Shown here piece after piece: positions 34,426-43,519 of a DNA stretch of 64,000 bases. The DNA is from a virus. The position numbers were made by a program, and so were the translations under genes. The notes beneath the pieces are model-generated. The model ran no database searches and had not been told where the DNA came from. It was given only the letters and a program-made list of their open reading frames with translations. The number at the start of each line of letters is the position of its first letter. Position 1 is the first letter of the stretch. The DNA is taken from the IMG/VR virus record IMGVR_UViG_3300042934_000426, positions 1 through 64,000 of that record; one strand, given 5' to 3'.

Positions 34426-37116
34426 CTAGCGTGTAGGGCAATGACCGCCCTGACATTCTACCATTTCAGCTAATGACATTTCATTATCTTCGAAGTCCCC
34501 TGAAGCCATTAATAGGTTGTAAAGGTCATGTGGCTTCATATGGATTTTCTTGTTCATAGCTTCCCATGTTTCCTTCGAAGTCGGTTCATACGGTGCTTGG
34601 ATATACCCATGACCACTATAAGGCAATAATGAAGTCGATTTGATTCTCATACGGTATTGCTCTAGTTGGTGCTTAATTTTCGGCTTTTCGTCTTCATGGA
34701 ACGTGATGGTGCATGAGACCATGTTGTCAGCCCAATACACGCACATTAAGCTCTGTAAGGCGAATTGCTCTTCGATGGTTACTTCATCCGCACTTCGGAA
34801 GTCTGCATAGTCAGCCGTCGGTGCTTTGAACGGAAATTCGATGACGTGACTTCCTGGATTTTGACTGGCTGGCTCTGTGTAGTACCCAGCTAATTCCACT
34901 AGCTTCAGAAGCGGGTCATTCGATTGTACACGAATTCGACGCTTTCCGTATCGGAAGTAGTGACTGTGAATCCCTGGTGAGATTCCTGATAGCAACGCTA
35001 CTGTCCCTGACGGTTTATTAGTCGTGTCACGTACCGAAGGATTGACCTGGTAGCCCAACGCCTGTGTAAGAAGGGCTGAATATTCAATATCGGACTGAAT
35101 CACTAGCTTATACATGTAGTCGATTTCTTGTAAGAGCTCCTGATTGTACATAGGCTCTAGGCGATATTTATCTTGGTAGCCTTCTTTTGCCAGCTTCCGA
35201 ACCAGGTACTTTCTGCGACGGTTCTCACGGTGACCCTTCTTAATGTGTAGGTCGTTCATAAATACGTAAAGGTCAGCCAGTTTCTCTTCCGAAGGTGGGG
35301 TATTTCCTCTCACAATGTCTACAGGTTTTACGTCTTGGTCTTTCCATAGCTGGTCATGCCATTCGTCTATATCGTAGACTTTCCAGCCTGTGATAGCTCC
35401 TTTACCGAATTTCAGTAACACCCAATCCATCACGCCTGATAAAGATACTCCGATACGACGGTTACGGTTGATGACTTGTGCTGATTGCTCCCAATCGTAC
35501 TTCGTGAACGTGACCCGCTTCGTTAAGTGAACCATGAACGGGATAACCTCTTCGTGCTTGATTCCTAGTCGGTGAGCGACAGGCAAGTGGTACTCGACCA
35601 GGTTACAAGGCTCGCCTGATTCTAGCGGGATTTCCATACAAGGATTACCGCCACGGGCTTTGTCGGTCTTCGCTTTGTAGCCGTCTATGATTCTTCCGAA
35701 GTTCTGCGCTAGGAATCGGTTAAAGATTCCAGGTTCTCCATTCGCTTCGATAGCGGGTGCAATGAACCCGAAGTCGTAGTTTCGTGGGTCGTCAATCACG
35801 ATACTGTTATTCGAAGCCCAACGGTGGTTATTTTGCGCCCATGCCGTTTCGTAGTCTTCGGAAGCTTGCTCGAATGAATACCCTTCAACCATGAGCTCTT
35901 CAACGGTCTTCAGCACAGGTTCGAATTTCTTCGTCTTTTCGTTCTCTACCCATTCCTTCACCACATGACCGACTAATAAGTAGTTTTTCATGTTGGTAAA
36001 CTTCTTGTCTTTATTGCTTCCTAGCGCAACTTCAGCCGTTCTTCTCACGTTACCCGCTACCGTACAACGTCCAGCGTGGTTGTGTAGGTCTGTCGCTAGC
36101 ACCGAATCAATATACCCACCGACACGTTCGTTTAGCTTCTTATTAGCATACCAAAGTAATTCTAATAGGGGAGCACTTCCTGAAGCCGTGCCACCGAAGC
36201 CTTTGATAGGTTTCCCACTTTCACGAATGTCGGATAGGTCAAATTCAATGTCCACCGTCTTTTCGTGTCTGAAGTGCTCGTCGATGGTAACTCCGTAAGA
36301 TTCAGCCCAGCCTTCTCGCTCGTCACCAATCATCATATAGTGACCCCTAGGCACAACAACGCCTGTATTGAAGCTAGCCCCTAATTCAATCGCTTTCGCC
36401 TTGACCTCTTCGAAGTCAGGATGGTCTTCCCGAAGTCGGAAGTAAAGATTCACCTTGTTCCGAACCATCGGAATTTCAGCCACGACGTCTTCTTCAGCGG
36501 AGAAGCCGACGCCCCCGCCCTTCATCGATTGGTCGAATAAGAACACGAACGGGTACGAAGGAAGCTTTTCATTCGGGTCAATTTCCCAATTCTTAAAGAT
36601 TTGGTTGCTTTCCCCGTAGTGCCACGGTCTTGTCTCGACGAACCAGCAATTATTGAAAGCGTCCCCTGTGCGCTCCGCAAACGGTGTACCTGAAATCCAT
36701 AGCCCACGTCCAGGTGGCGTAAAGACTAGATTCCATATGAGGCGGTAGAGCTTCTGTCCGTATTCCTGGGTAACCACAGGGTCGTCAGCTAAGATATTCA
36801 AGTTCCCTTCGACTACTCTTCGAACCACTTCTGTCCACTCTTCTGTACGAATCGAAGTACCATCGGCACGCTCTACCCGTCTAGCATAGGTACGCTTAAA
36901 GGTAAACCAGCCCAGCTCGCCCCAGCCTGGCTCTTTGCCGACGAATTCAGCGATAAAATCATCGTCCAGCTTGAACGGTGCTTTGACCAATACATTTCTG
37001 ACCTTCCGAAGGTCGATTGTTGCATACTCATTGTTGGCTACTTTTTGTGCTACTTGTGCTTCGAAGGGAAGGATATTCCCGATACCCATCGTATTAATGG
37101 TTTGCACGTTTGACAT
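34426..37116 (-). CDS. nrdJ: Class II (adenosylcobalamin-dependent) ribonucleotide reductase
   Basis: PPGRGLW, FNNCWF, GNVRRTAE, NPCMEI..CNL, KPSGT, C-terminal CQGGHCP. Confidence 0.93.
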   Translation of the reverse strand: MSNVQTINTMGIGNILPFEAQVAQKVANNEYATIDLRKVRNVLVKAPFKLDDDFIAEFVGKEPGWGELGWFTFKRTYARRVERADGTSIRTEEWTEVVRRVVEGNLNILADDPVVTQEYGQKLYRLIWNLVFTPPGRGLWISGTPFAERTGDAFNNCWFVETRPWHYGESNQIFKNWEIDPNEKLPSYPFVFLFDQSMKGGGVGFSAEEDVVAEIPMVRNKVNLYFRLREDHPDFEEVKAKAIELGASFNTGVVVPRGHYMMIGDEREGWAESYGVTIDEHFRHEKTVDIEFDLSDIRESGKPIKGFGGTASGSAPLLELLWYANKKLNERVGGYIDSVLATDLHNHAGRCTVAGNVRRTAEVALGSNKDKKFTNMKNYLLVGHVVKEWVENEKTKKFEPVLKTVEELMVEGYSFEQASEDYETAWAQNNHRWASNNSIVIDDPRNYDFGFIAPAIEANGEPGIFNRFLAQNFGRIIDGYKAKTDKARGGNPCMEIPLESGEPCNLVEYHLPVAHRLGIKHEEVIPFMVHLTKRVTFTKYDWEQSAQVINRNRRIGVSLSGVMDWVLLKFGKGAITGWKVYDIDEWHDQLWKDQDVKPVDIVRGNTPPSEEKLADLYVFMNDLHIKKGHRENRRRKYLVRKLAKEGYQDKYRLEPMYNQELLQEIDYMYKLVIQSDIEYSALLTQALGYQVNPSVRDTTNKPSGTVALLSGISPGIHSHYFRYGKRRIRVQSNDPLLKLVELAGYYTEPASQNPGSHVIEFPFKAPTADYADFRSADEVTIEEQFALQSLMCVYWADNMVSCTITFHEDEKPKIKHQLEQYRMRIKSTSLLPYSGHGYIQAPYEPTSKETWEAMNKKIHMKPHDLYNLLMASGDFEDNEMSLAEMVECQGGHCPTR

Positions 37117-37121
37117 GTTTA

Positions 37122-37634
37122 CTACCCCCTGATTAGTGTTTGATATTTAGCGAGCCCGATTCCCACGCTGTCCCATACGTGTGTAGGCTGTCGTTTAAGA
37201 AGCTCTTCAGCTTCGGGAAGTGTATGTTTCACATAATGCTTCACTTGCTCTTTATTCGCCCGCATAACCCCTAGCGCGAGTTTTTTCCATTCGCCATTCT
37301 CATAGACAGTGACTTCGTAGCCCATGCTACGCCCGACCATGCGAAGGTGCTCTGTCAACCATGCCATTTCTTTATAGGTCTTTCCGACGGCTTTTCCTTG
37401 TTCGGTAAAGTCCTCAATGACGACGTGTTCGGGCTTAATGACCGATATAAGCTGACGCATATTGCCTCCGATAATATCAATCCTCTGTCGAACATCCCCG
37501 TCTGCCTTCGAAGTTCGAATGACCCCGAAATGTCTTGTCATTCCTACGGTTTTCCCCTCATAAAGAATAGAGGCGTAGCCACAATTCTCGGTGCCTGGGT
37601 CGAAAGCTAGTATTCGATTCATTCGGTCTTTCAT
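37122..37634 (-). CDS. ruvC: Holliday junction resolvase RuvC
   Basis: ILAFDPG, VVIED, ANKEQV, DSVGIGL. Confidence 0.9.
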   Translation of the reverse strand: MKDRMNRILAFDPGTENCGYASILYEGKTVGMTRHFGVIRTSKADGDVRQRIDIIGGNMRQLISVIKPEHVVIEDFTEQGKAVGKTYKEMAWLTEHLRMVGRSMGYEVTVYENGEWKKLALGVMRANKEQVKHYVKHTLPEAEELLKRQPTHVWDSVGIGLAKYQTLIRG

Positions 37635-37651
37635 GTAACCAGCCCCTCACT

Positions 37652-37712
37652 TGTCGAACCTTGTCGAATATGTTATGATAAAGTCACCAGCCTAGGCTGG
37701 GCTTTTGTCGAA
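37652..37712. promoter_or_regulatory. Three Spo0A boxes (two in tandem)
   Basis: TGTCGAA-cct-TGTCGAA (37652-37668) and TGTCGAA (37706-37712). Confidence 0.6.
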
Positions 37713-37790
37713 AACTTCTTTGTTTAGTTTATAAATATTTTGGTCATACTAGGGATAAGCTAGCATATCCTAGGTAGTGAAGCGAAGGCG

Positions 37791-38426
37791 TCAGGGTTTC
37801 GGAAGCTCCTGACAGGCTACCCCCAGCCGTTGTTTCACGATTTCGAATATCTCTTGTGCGATAGCTTCTTCGTCCCGATTGCCATTAAGAAGCACGTACC
37901 GCTCCGACTTCGAAGTCAAGTGAAGTAAAGCCTTTTTTGCTCGCTGGTAAAACTTATCGTTTTCTAGCTCTAATCGGTCGTTCTTATCGAGCGGACGATG
38001 GGCTGTACCGTCAATGACAAACGTTACATCAGGTAAGAGCGAACCCGTCGTCGCATGATGTAACCGCCATAAAAAAGCGGTTTTCCAACCACGACCCGCT
38101 CCCTGATAGGCTAATGTAGTGTCAAAGTATCGGTCACTAATCACGATTTTGCCTTCCTTTAGCGACGGCTTCAGTACTTCTTTGTAATGCTGGGCACGGT
38201 CGGCTAGGAATAAGAACAACTCAGTAGCCTTCGATAATCGATTGTTCGGATTTTTCAGAATTACTCTGATTTGCTGACCCAGCTTAGTACCCCCTGGCTC
38301 ACAGGTCAACACCACGTCTAAGCCTACGTCCCTAAGTTTAGACGATAATAGGGAAGCCTGTGTAGTCTTCCCTATTCCTTCCTTCGTACTTTCGAAAGTA
38401 ACAAAAAACCCTTTTTTCTTCGCCAT
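37791..38426 (-). CDS. tmk: Thymidylate kinase
   Basis: GIGKTTQ, EPGGT, ELFLFLADRAQH, DRY..TTLAYQG. Confidence 0.93.
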   Translation of the reverse strand: MAKKKGFFVTFESTKEGIGKTTQASLLSSKLRDVGLDVVLTCEPGGTKLGQQIRVILKNPNNRLSKATELFLFLADRAQHYKEVLKPSLKEGKIVISDRYFDTTLAYQGAGRGWKTAFLWRLHHATTGSLLPDVTFVIDGTAHRPLDKNDRLELENDKFYQRAKKALLHLTSKSERYVLLNGNRDEEAIAQEIFEIVKQRLGVACQELPKP

Positions 38427-38466
38427 TCCTCATGACCTCACTTTCGTTTTCTCATTTCCTGGATAC

Positions 38467-39066
38467 CTAATATACATACCCCGAAAAATATTCTCTACGG
38501 ACTTTCGTTAATTTCCGATAAATTAAGTCGTACTGCTTTGCTGTAGGCTTCGGTAGCTCTTCCACATAGTCCGTCATGTGCGCGATTCGCCAGTCAATCG
38601 GTGGCATATTGGCATATGCCACTCGCTCCATTCCCAGGTATTCGCTCTTCCAGTCATAGCTTCGATGAATGTCAGGGAAATACGTGTCGCCTTCGAAGGC
38701 TTCGCCTACGGTGGTGATATAGAACTCTTCAATATACGGAAGGAACGCTTTATAGACTTCGGAACCACCTATTACCCATACGTCTTTTTCAGGGTGTCTA
38801 TTCGCTATCGCTAACACAGGTTCTATACGGTCGAACGTAGGTTCATAGTAGCTTATAGGTAGTCGCTGACGAGATAGTACAACATTATGTCGATTCGGAA
38901 GTGGTTCACATCCCATGCTCTCGAAGGTTTTTCGTCCCATGACTACGGTATGCCCTTCGGTTAGACTTCGGAAGTGCTTACCATCCAGGGGCTTATCGCC
39001 CCATGGCATTTGTCCATTCTTTCCCATGACCCCGTTGGCTCCAATGCACACAATCGCTTTTATCAT
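38467..39066 (-). CDS. folA: Dihydrofolate reductase
   Basis: [37 protein letters not shown]. Confidence 0.93.
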   Translation of the reverse strand: MIKAIVCIGANGVMGKNGQMPWGDKPLDGKHFRSLTEGHTVVMGRKTFESMGCEPLPNRHNVVLSRQRLPISYYEPTFDRIEPVLAIANRHPEKDVWVIGGSEVYKAFLPYIEEFYITTVGEAFEGDTYFPDIHRSYDWKSEYLGMERVAYANMPPIDWRIAHMTDYVEELPKPTAKQYDLIYRKLTKVRREYFSGYVY

Positions 39067-39980
39067 GAGCTTTGTTCCCCTTTAATCGCTGGGTATGGGT
39101 CATAGCCTTCTAACTCGAAGTCGCTTCGGGTGAAGCCGTTAATGTCCCGAACGGATGGGTTTAGGTGCATAGTCGGTAAAGGCTTCGGCTCACGGCTGAT
39201 TTGCTCCTTGATTTGGTCTAGGTGGTTGTTATAGATATGAGCGTCCCCGAAGGTGTGGATGAACTCACCAGGCTTCAGTCCGACTACCTGGGCAATCATC
39301 ATCGTAAGCAAGCTATACGAAGCGATATTGTACGGAACGCCTAGGAAAATGTCGGCACTTCGCTGGTAAAGCTGGCAATCAAGATATCCGTCACGTACGT
39401 AAAATTGGAAGAGTACGTGACACGGTGGTAACGCCATATCGTCCAGCTCGCCAGGATTCCAGGCACTTACAAGGTGTCTTCGTCCATCAGGGTCAGCTAC
39501 TAATAATACTATGACCCTAGCAATTTGGTCGATTGTACCCCTATAACCTAGTTTATCGGCAATCGCCCAGCTACGCCATTGGTGACCATAAATATTACCT
39601 AGATTAGCCATCCTAGGGAGGAATTTCGGGTCGAATTCTTTCACCTTCGCCACGAATTCCTTATACGTAAGCCCTTCGTATTCACCTTTGTAGGTTCGTT
39701 GGTAGTACTTGTAAGCGTCCCGATTCCATATATGAATCCCCTTGTCGACTAACGGCTTAATATTGGTTTCGCCACGTAAGAACCATAGAAGCTCTTCGAT
39801 AATGCCGTCTAAACGAACTCCGCTCATATCCTTCGTTGTCATGAGCGGGAAGCCTTCTTGAAGATTGAATCTCATTTGATAACCGAAGACGCTAATTGTC
39901 CCCGTTCCTGTACGGTCGCCCTTCGACAACCCGTTTGCTAGCACATGCTGGCATAATTCTAAGTATTGTTTCATACTCAT
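39063..39980 (-). CDS. thyA: Thymidylate synthase
   Basis: [34 protein letters not shown]. Confidence 0.96.
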   Translation of the reverse strand: MSMKQYLELCQHVLANGLSKGDRTGTGTISVFGYQMRFNLQEGFPLMTTKDMSGVRLDGIIEELLWFLRGETNIKPLVDKGIHIWNRDAYKYYQRTYKGEYEGLTYKEFVAKVKEFDPKFLPRMANLGNIYGHQWRSWAIADKLGYRGTIDQIARVIVLLVADPDGRRHLVSAWNPGELDDMALPPCHVLFQFYVRDGYLDCQLYQRSADIFLGVPYNIASYSLLTMMIAQVVGLKPGEFIHTFGDAHIYNNHLDQIKEQISREPKPLPTMHLNPSVRDINGFTRSDFELEGYDPYPAIKGEQSS

Positions 39981-40064
39981 TTCACCCTTTCGGTCTTTTG
40001 ATTGTACCATGGTTTTTGTTCTTCTACATATGGTGTCTTCGGAAGTCAGACTTGTTAAAATTAC

Positions 40065-40862
40065 TCAAAATGTAGGAGCTAACAAATGGTCTTTGCCTAG
40101 TGCTTGAGCATGCCTTTTAATCCAATCTTTAGACTTATGGAAATACCCCTCTTCGGTGTCTTTTTCGAAACCGATAAAATTCCTATTCGTATTTAAACAG
40201 GCTATACCTATCGTCCCCGCACCACTTACATTATCTAAAATTAAAGACTTTCTACCTTCGGAAGAGTAGGTTTTGATAATTTTTTCATAGAGCTCAATCG
40301 GCTTTTGGGTAGGGTGAAATTTCCTAGCGTCATCATTATTCATAACAGGTATATCCCATACGCTTGTAGGGTAGCGGTCGGTTTGCCCACCACCACTAAC
40401 ACCTTGTTTTGTTTTTCCGTAGTTTGTGCCATCGCTTGTATTTTTTGTGTAACTATTAACAGGGCTATGCCCCGTTGTTTTTTGTGGATTATACACAGGT
40501 AGCTTTTTATAAAATACTAGAATAGCTTCATGGCTTCGAAGGGGCATTTTATTCGCATTTAAAAAGCCTGTGCTTTTATTTTTTTGCCATATAATATCGT
40601 AGCGAAATAATTTAGGATTACTCATAATGAGCATAGACGCAAATGGTTGAGTAGCTGTAAAAACAATTACTCCGTCGTCTTTTATAATCCTCTCGTACTG
40701 CTCCCAAAGTGGTTCAAAGGGGATAATAATATCCCATTTATTCTGCGAAGTCACTCCATAGGGTAAGTCTGCGATAACCAAATCAACAGTCTTATCATCA
40801 ATTAAGCACATACCTTTAGAACCGATACAGTCTTCATTATAAATATTATTTATCTCTAGCAT
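40065..40862 (-). CDS. Orphan N4-C/N6-A DNA methyltransferase (beta class)
   Basis: DLPYG motif IV, HPTQKP, ILDNVSGAGT motif I. Confidence 0.9.
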   Translation of the reverse strand: MLEINNIYNEDCIGSKGMCLIDDKTVDLVIADLPYGVTSQNKWDIIIPFEPLWEQYERIIKDDGVIVFTATQPFASMLIMSNPKLFRYDIIWQKNKSTGFLNANKMPLRSHEAILVFYKKLPVYNPQKTTGHSPVNSYTKNTSDGTNYGKTKQGVSGGGQTDRYPTSVWDIPVMNNDDARKFHPTQKPIELYEKIIKTYSSEGRKSLILDNVSGAGTIGIACLNTNRNFIGFEKDTEEGYFHKSKDWIKRHAQALGKDHLLAPTF

Positions 40863-40914
40863 TACTACCAGCTCCTTTTCTACCCAACTACTAAAATTGT
40901 AGGTTTTGATTCTA

Positions 40915-41619
40915 CTATACCTTTTCGAAGATGATTAAAGCGGAACCGATTGACCGTTCTCTGCCGTCGCTGACTTCGTTAACAATCGTCATGCCTTTAT
41001 CCGTGCGAACCATCATTTCACTAGAACCGCCACCGTCCGCATTAATCGCATTGACACAGCCTAACGCCTTCATAATTTCCGCTGATTCTTTCCCCGTCAC
41101 ACCTGTACTATCCCCGCTTCGACCCTCTACGACAACCAGGACGATATTGCTGTTTGCTTTCTGACCAATAAGCGTTCTCGGATTACGCGTCTTAAAGTGT
41201 GCATAGCGATTCGCCCCTAAAAAGACCGCTTCCCCGTCTACTAATACCGAATAGGACAATGACCCACCCCAAAGAACTTTCTCTTTTAATTCAGGAACCT
41301 GTTTAGCATTTAGCTGGGTAACGACGAAGCGCCCTTTCTTATCCAGGTAACATTCCGCGTTATCTCCGTTCGGATTCCCTTTGGCTTCCCCGTCGAACAT
41401 AACTAGCCCGTTATGCTCCGCGTTGCCTCCAAAATAGCCCAGGTTAATTTTTGCAACTTCTCTGAAGCCCTTTTTCTCCATAGCGGTATGACGAAGAACG
41501 GATAGGCGTTCCAGCTTTCCTGCCGTTCCGAAGCTTATAGCTGACGGATTTTTAATCGGGTTAAATTCATAGACATACACATCACTATTAAACAATCGTT
41601 TCTTATAAAATTTCGGCAT
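40915..41619 (-). CDS. Phosphodiester glycosidase (NAGPA) family protein
   Basis: INLGYF, NPRTLIG, VVEGR, AINADGGGSS. Confidence 0.85.
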   Translation of the reverse strand: MPKFYKKRLFNSDVYVYEFNPIKNPSAISFGTAGKLERLSVLRHTAMEKKGFREVAKINLGYFGGNAEHNGLVMFDGEAKGNPNGDNAECYLDKKGRFVVTQLNAKQVPELKEKVLWGGSLSYSVLVDGEAVFLGANRYAHFKTRNPRTLIGQKANSNIVLVVVEGRSGDSTGVTGKESAEIMKALGCVNAINADGGGSSEMMVRTDKGMTIVNEVSDGRERSIGSALIIFEKV

Positions 41620-41883
41620 TTTTTACTCCCCTTTCGTTGTGCTAATAGCGGATTACGCACTACTTCTTTTTTGAGTATCTTCCGATAGTGAACGCTACCA
41701 CTACAGAAACACCATAAAACCAACCTTCATAACTAATCCCTAAAAACATGTTACTCACCCTTTCTTACTATTTCTGTTTTACATGTTGGACACTTGTACT
41801 CATACTGATTATTAAACTCCTGTCCGCAAAAATCACATTTGTTATCCAATTCCCTCACCTAACTGTTGCGTCATTTGGTTCCA

Positions 41884-42168
41884 TTATTCAAAATGTAAGA
41901 ACTTCTCTTCCCAATCTTCGACGATTAATACGATTCCGAAGTCCAGCTTAAAATAGCGGAAAATCGGTGAATGAGCGGACACTTCCGTCCCTAGTTCGGG
42001 TCGTTGATAGAAACCTTCAATTCGGCTCATATGGGCAATAATATCAGGGTTGATGTGAAGTTCTTTCGGGTAGTTAAGAACGTAATGGTCATACATACGA
42101 CCTAGCGTGTTTAGGTGCTGGAAAAATTCAGTTAACTGTTGTTTGTATTCAGCGTCTTTAATTGCCAT
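41884..42168 (-). CDS. Hypothetical protein
   Basis: 94-aa ORF. Confidence 0.55.
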   Translation of the reverse strand: MAIKDAEYKQQLTEFFQHLNTLGRMYDHYVLNYPKELHINPDIIAHMSRIEGFYQRPELGTEVSAHSPIFRYFKLDFGIVLIVEDWEEKFLHFE

Positions 42169-42528
42169 TTTTTATCACGTTCCCTCTTGCGTGTTCTTCG
42201 TTTAAGTAGTTTATTGCTTGCGAAGCGGTTAGTTCATGCTTTAACATAAATTCCTTACCTTCGACCCATGAATATCCCCATTGTCGAAACCATTGATTTA
42301 ATGTTTTCTTGTCTTCCATACTATTTTCCCCCTCTCCACTTATCTAATAGCATGTGGAAGGTAGCGTTAAACTTCCACATCATAACCCAATTTACTGCCG
42401 TCATAAAAACTAATTGGGGTGTTAGCTCTCCTATAAAAATACCTAATGGTATAACATAGAAGGTACATACTACCACACCGCATATAACGGCTAGCTCTAG
42501 GTATAGCTTCCATTTCGTTAGATTCACA

Positions 42529-42810
42529 CTAGTCTATCCCCCTATATTTTGGGTCATGAACCCAGCCATTTGTACTTCTATATAATTCTACCCCATTCTT
42601 CGGGTCTACGAAAACGTCCTTTTCCGAAATGCCGTGTAATTCCGCTAGCTCGCGCTTTCGAAGCTGGTGGGGAAGTAAGTCGGTCTTCGGAAGTTGTTTA
42701 TCTAGCTCTTCGAACGTCCGCTTTTGGTATTCGTCGGATATATCCCGAACGTAGACGGGGAATCCCGCTACGCTCGGTACACGCTTCTTTCGTTGGTGTA
42801 TGGGTATCAT
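42529..42810 (-). CDS. Hypothetical protein
   Basis: 93-aa ORF with RBS. Confidence 0.5.
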   Translation of the reverse strand: MIPIHQRKKRVPSVAGFPVYVRDISDEYQKRTFEELDKQLPKTDLLPHQLRKRELAELHGISEKDVFVDPKNGVELYRSTNGWVHDPKYRGID

Positions 42811-42996
42811 TCAATACTCACCTTCACTTCCTCCTTCGGAAGGGCTCCGCGAACCTCTCGACTGTGCTTGAAACAGTGGATTCCCTGTACCCATTTTTTC
42901 GGGTCTTTCGGGTCAGGGTAACCTAGGTTCCATCCTGAATGGGTCAGCTCATTACAGATAATACAACGTGTTCGTCTAGCCATTTTTACCAGCTCC

Positions 42997-43515
42997 TTAA
43001 TTTTCTGTGTGGGTCATTAATTTCTTCCTAGTTTCCTTCGCTATTCTTCCAGCTTCTTCAGGGTCTTCGAAGTAACCTAGGTAGTGGCTAACGCCTTTAA
43101 CTGTTACATTTGCTTTCCACTTTCGAAGCCTTTCGTTCCAGCTAACCCCACGAATACCGCTCTTCGTACCTGTAACAGCACCTTTACGGTTCTGTGCATT
43201 TTGACCCCTAGTAACCACTCGAAGGTTGCTCCGTTCATTATTGAATGGATTATGGTCTACATGGTCAACTACTACGTCTTTCCTTCCGTAAGTACCCATT
43301 ATCCATTGGTGAAGACCGTAAACAACCCGTGATTTTCCTGAATAAATCGCACCCCGTATATAGGGCTTACCGTCCGAATACACTATACGCCAGCTATTAG
43401 GCAATTCTTGAACCTTTGGAAGGTCTTCGGTGCTAATGAAGACCTTCTCTTGTTTATCTTTGTACGTTACGTAAATTACTGTGGTATCGCCTAAGACTTC
43501 GAATTCGTTTTTCAT
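42997..43515 (-). CDS. HNH endonuclease with AP2 domain
   Basis: LHQWIM...VDHVDHNPFNNERSNLR; SGIRGVSW...YLGYFEDPEEA. Confidence 0.9.
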   Translation of the reverse strand: MKNEFEVLGDTTVIYVTYKDKQEKVFISTEDLPKVQELPNSWRIVYSDGKPYIRGAIYSGKSRVVYGLHQWIMGTYGRKDVVVDHVDHNPFNNERSNLRVVTRGQNAQNRKGAVTGTKSGIRGVSWNERLRKWKANVTVKGVSHYLGYFEDPEEAGRIAKETRKKLMTHTEN

Positions 43516-43519
43516 AGGG

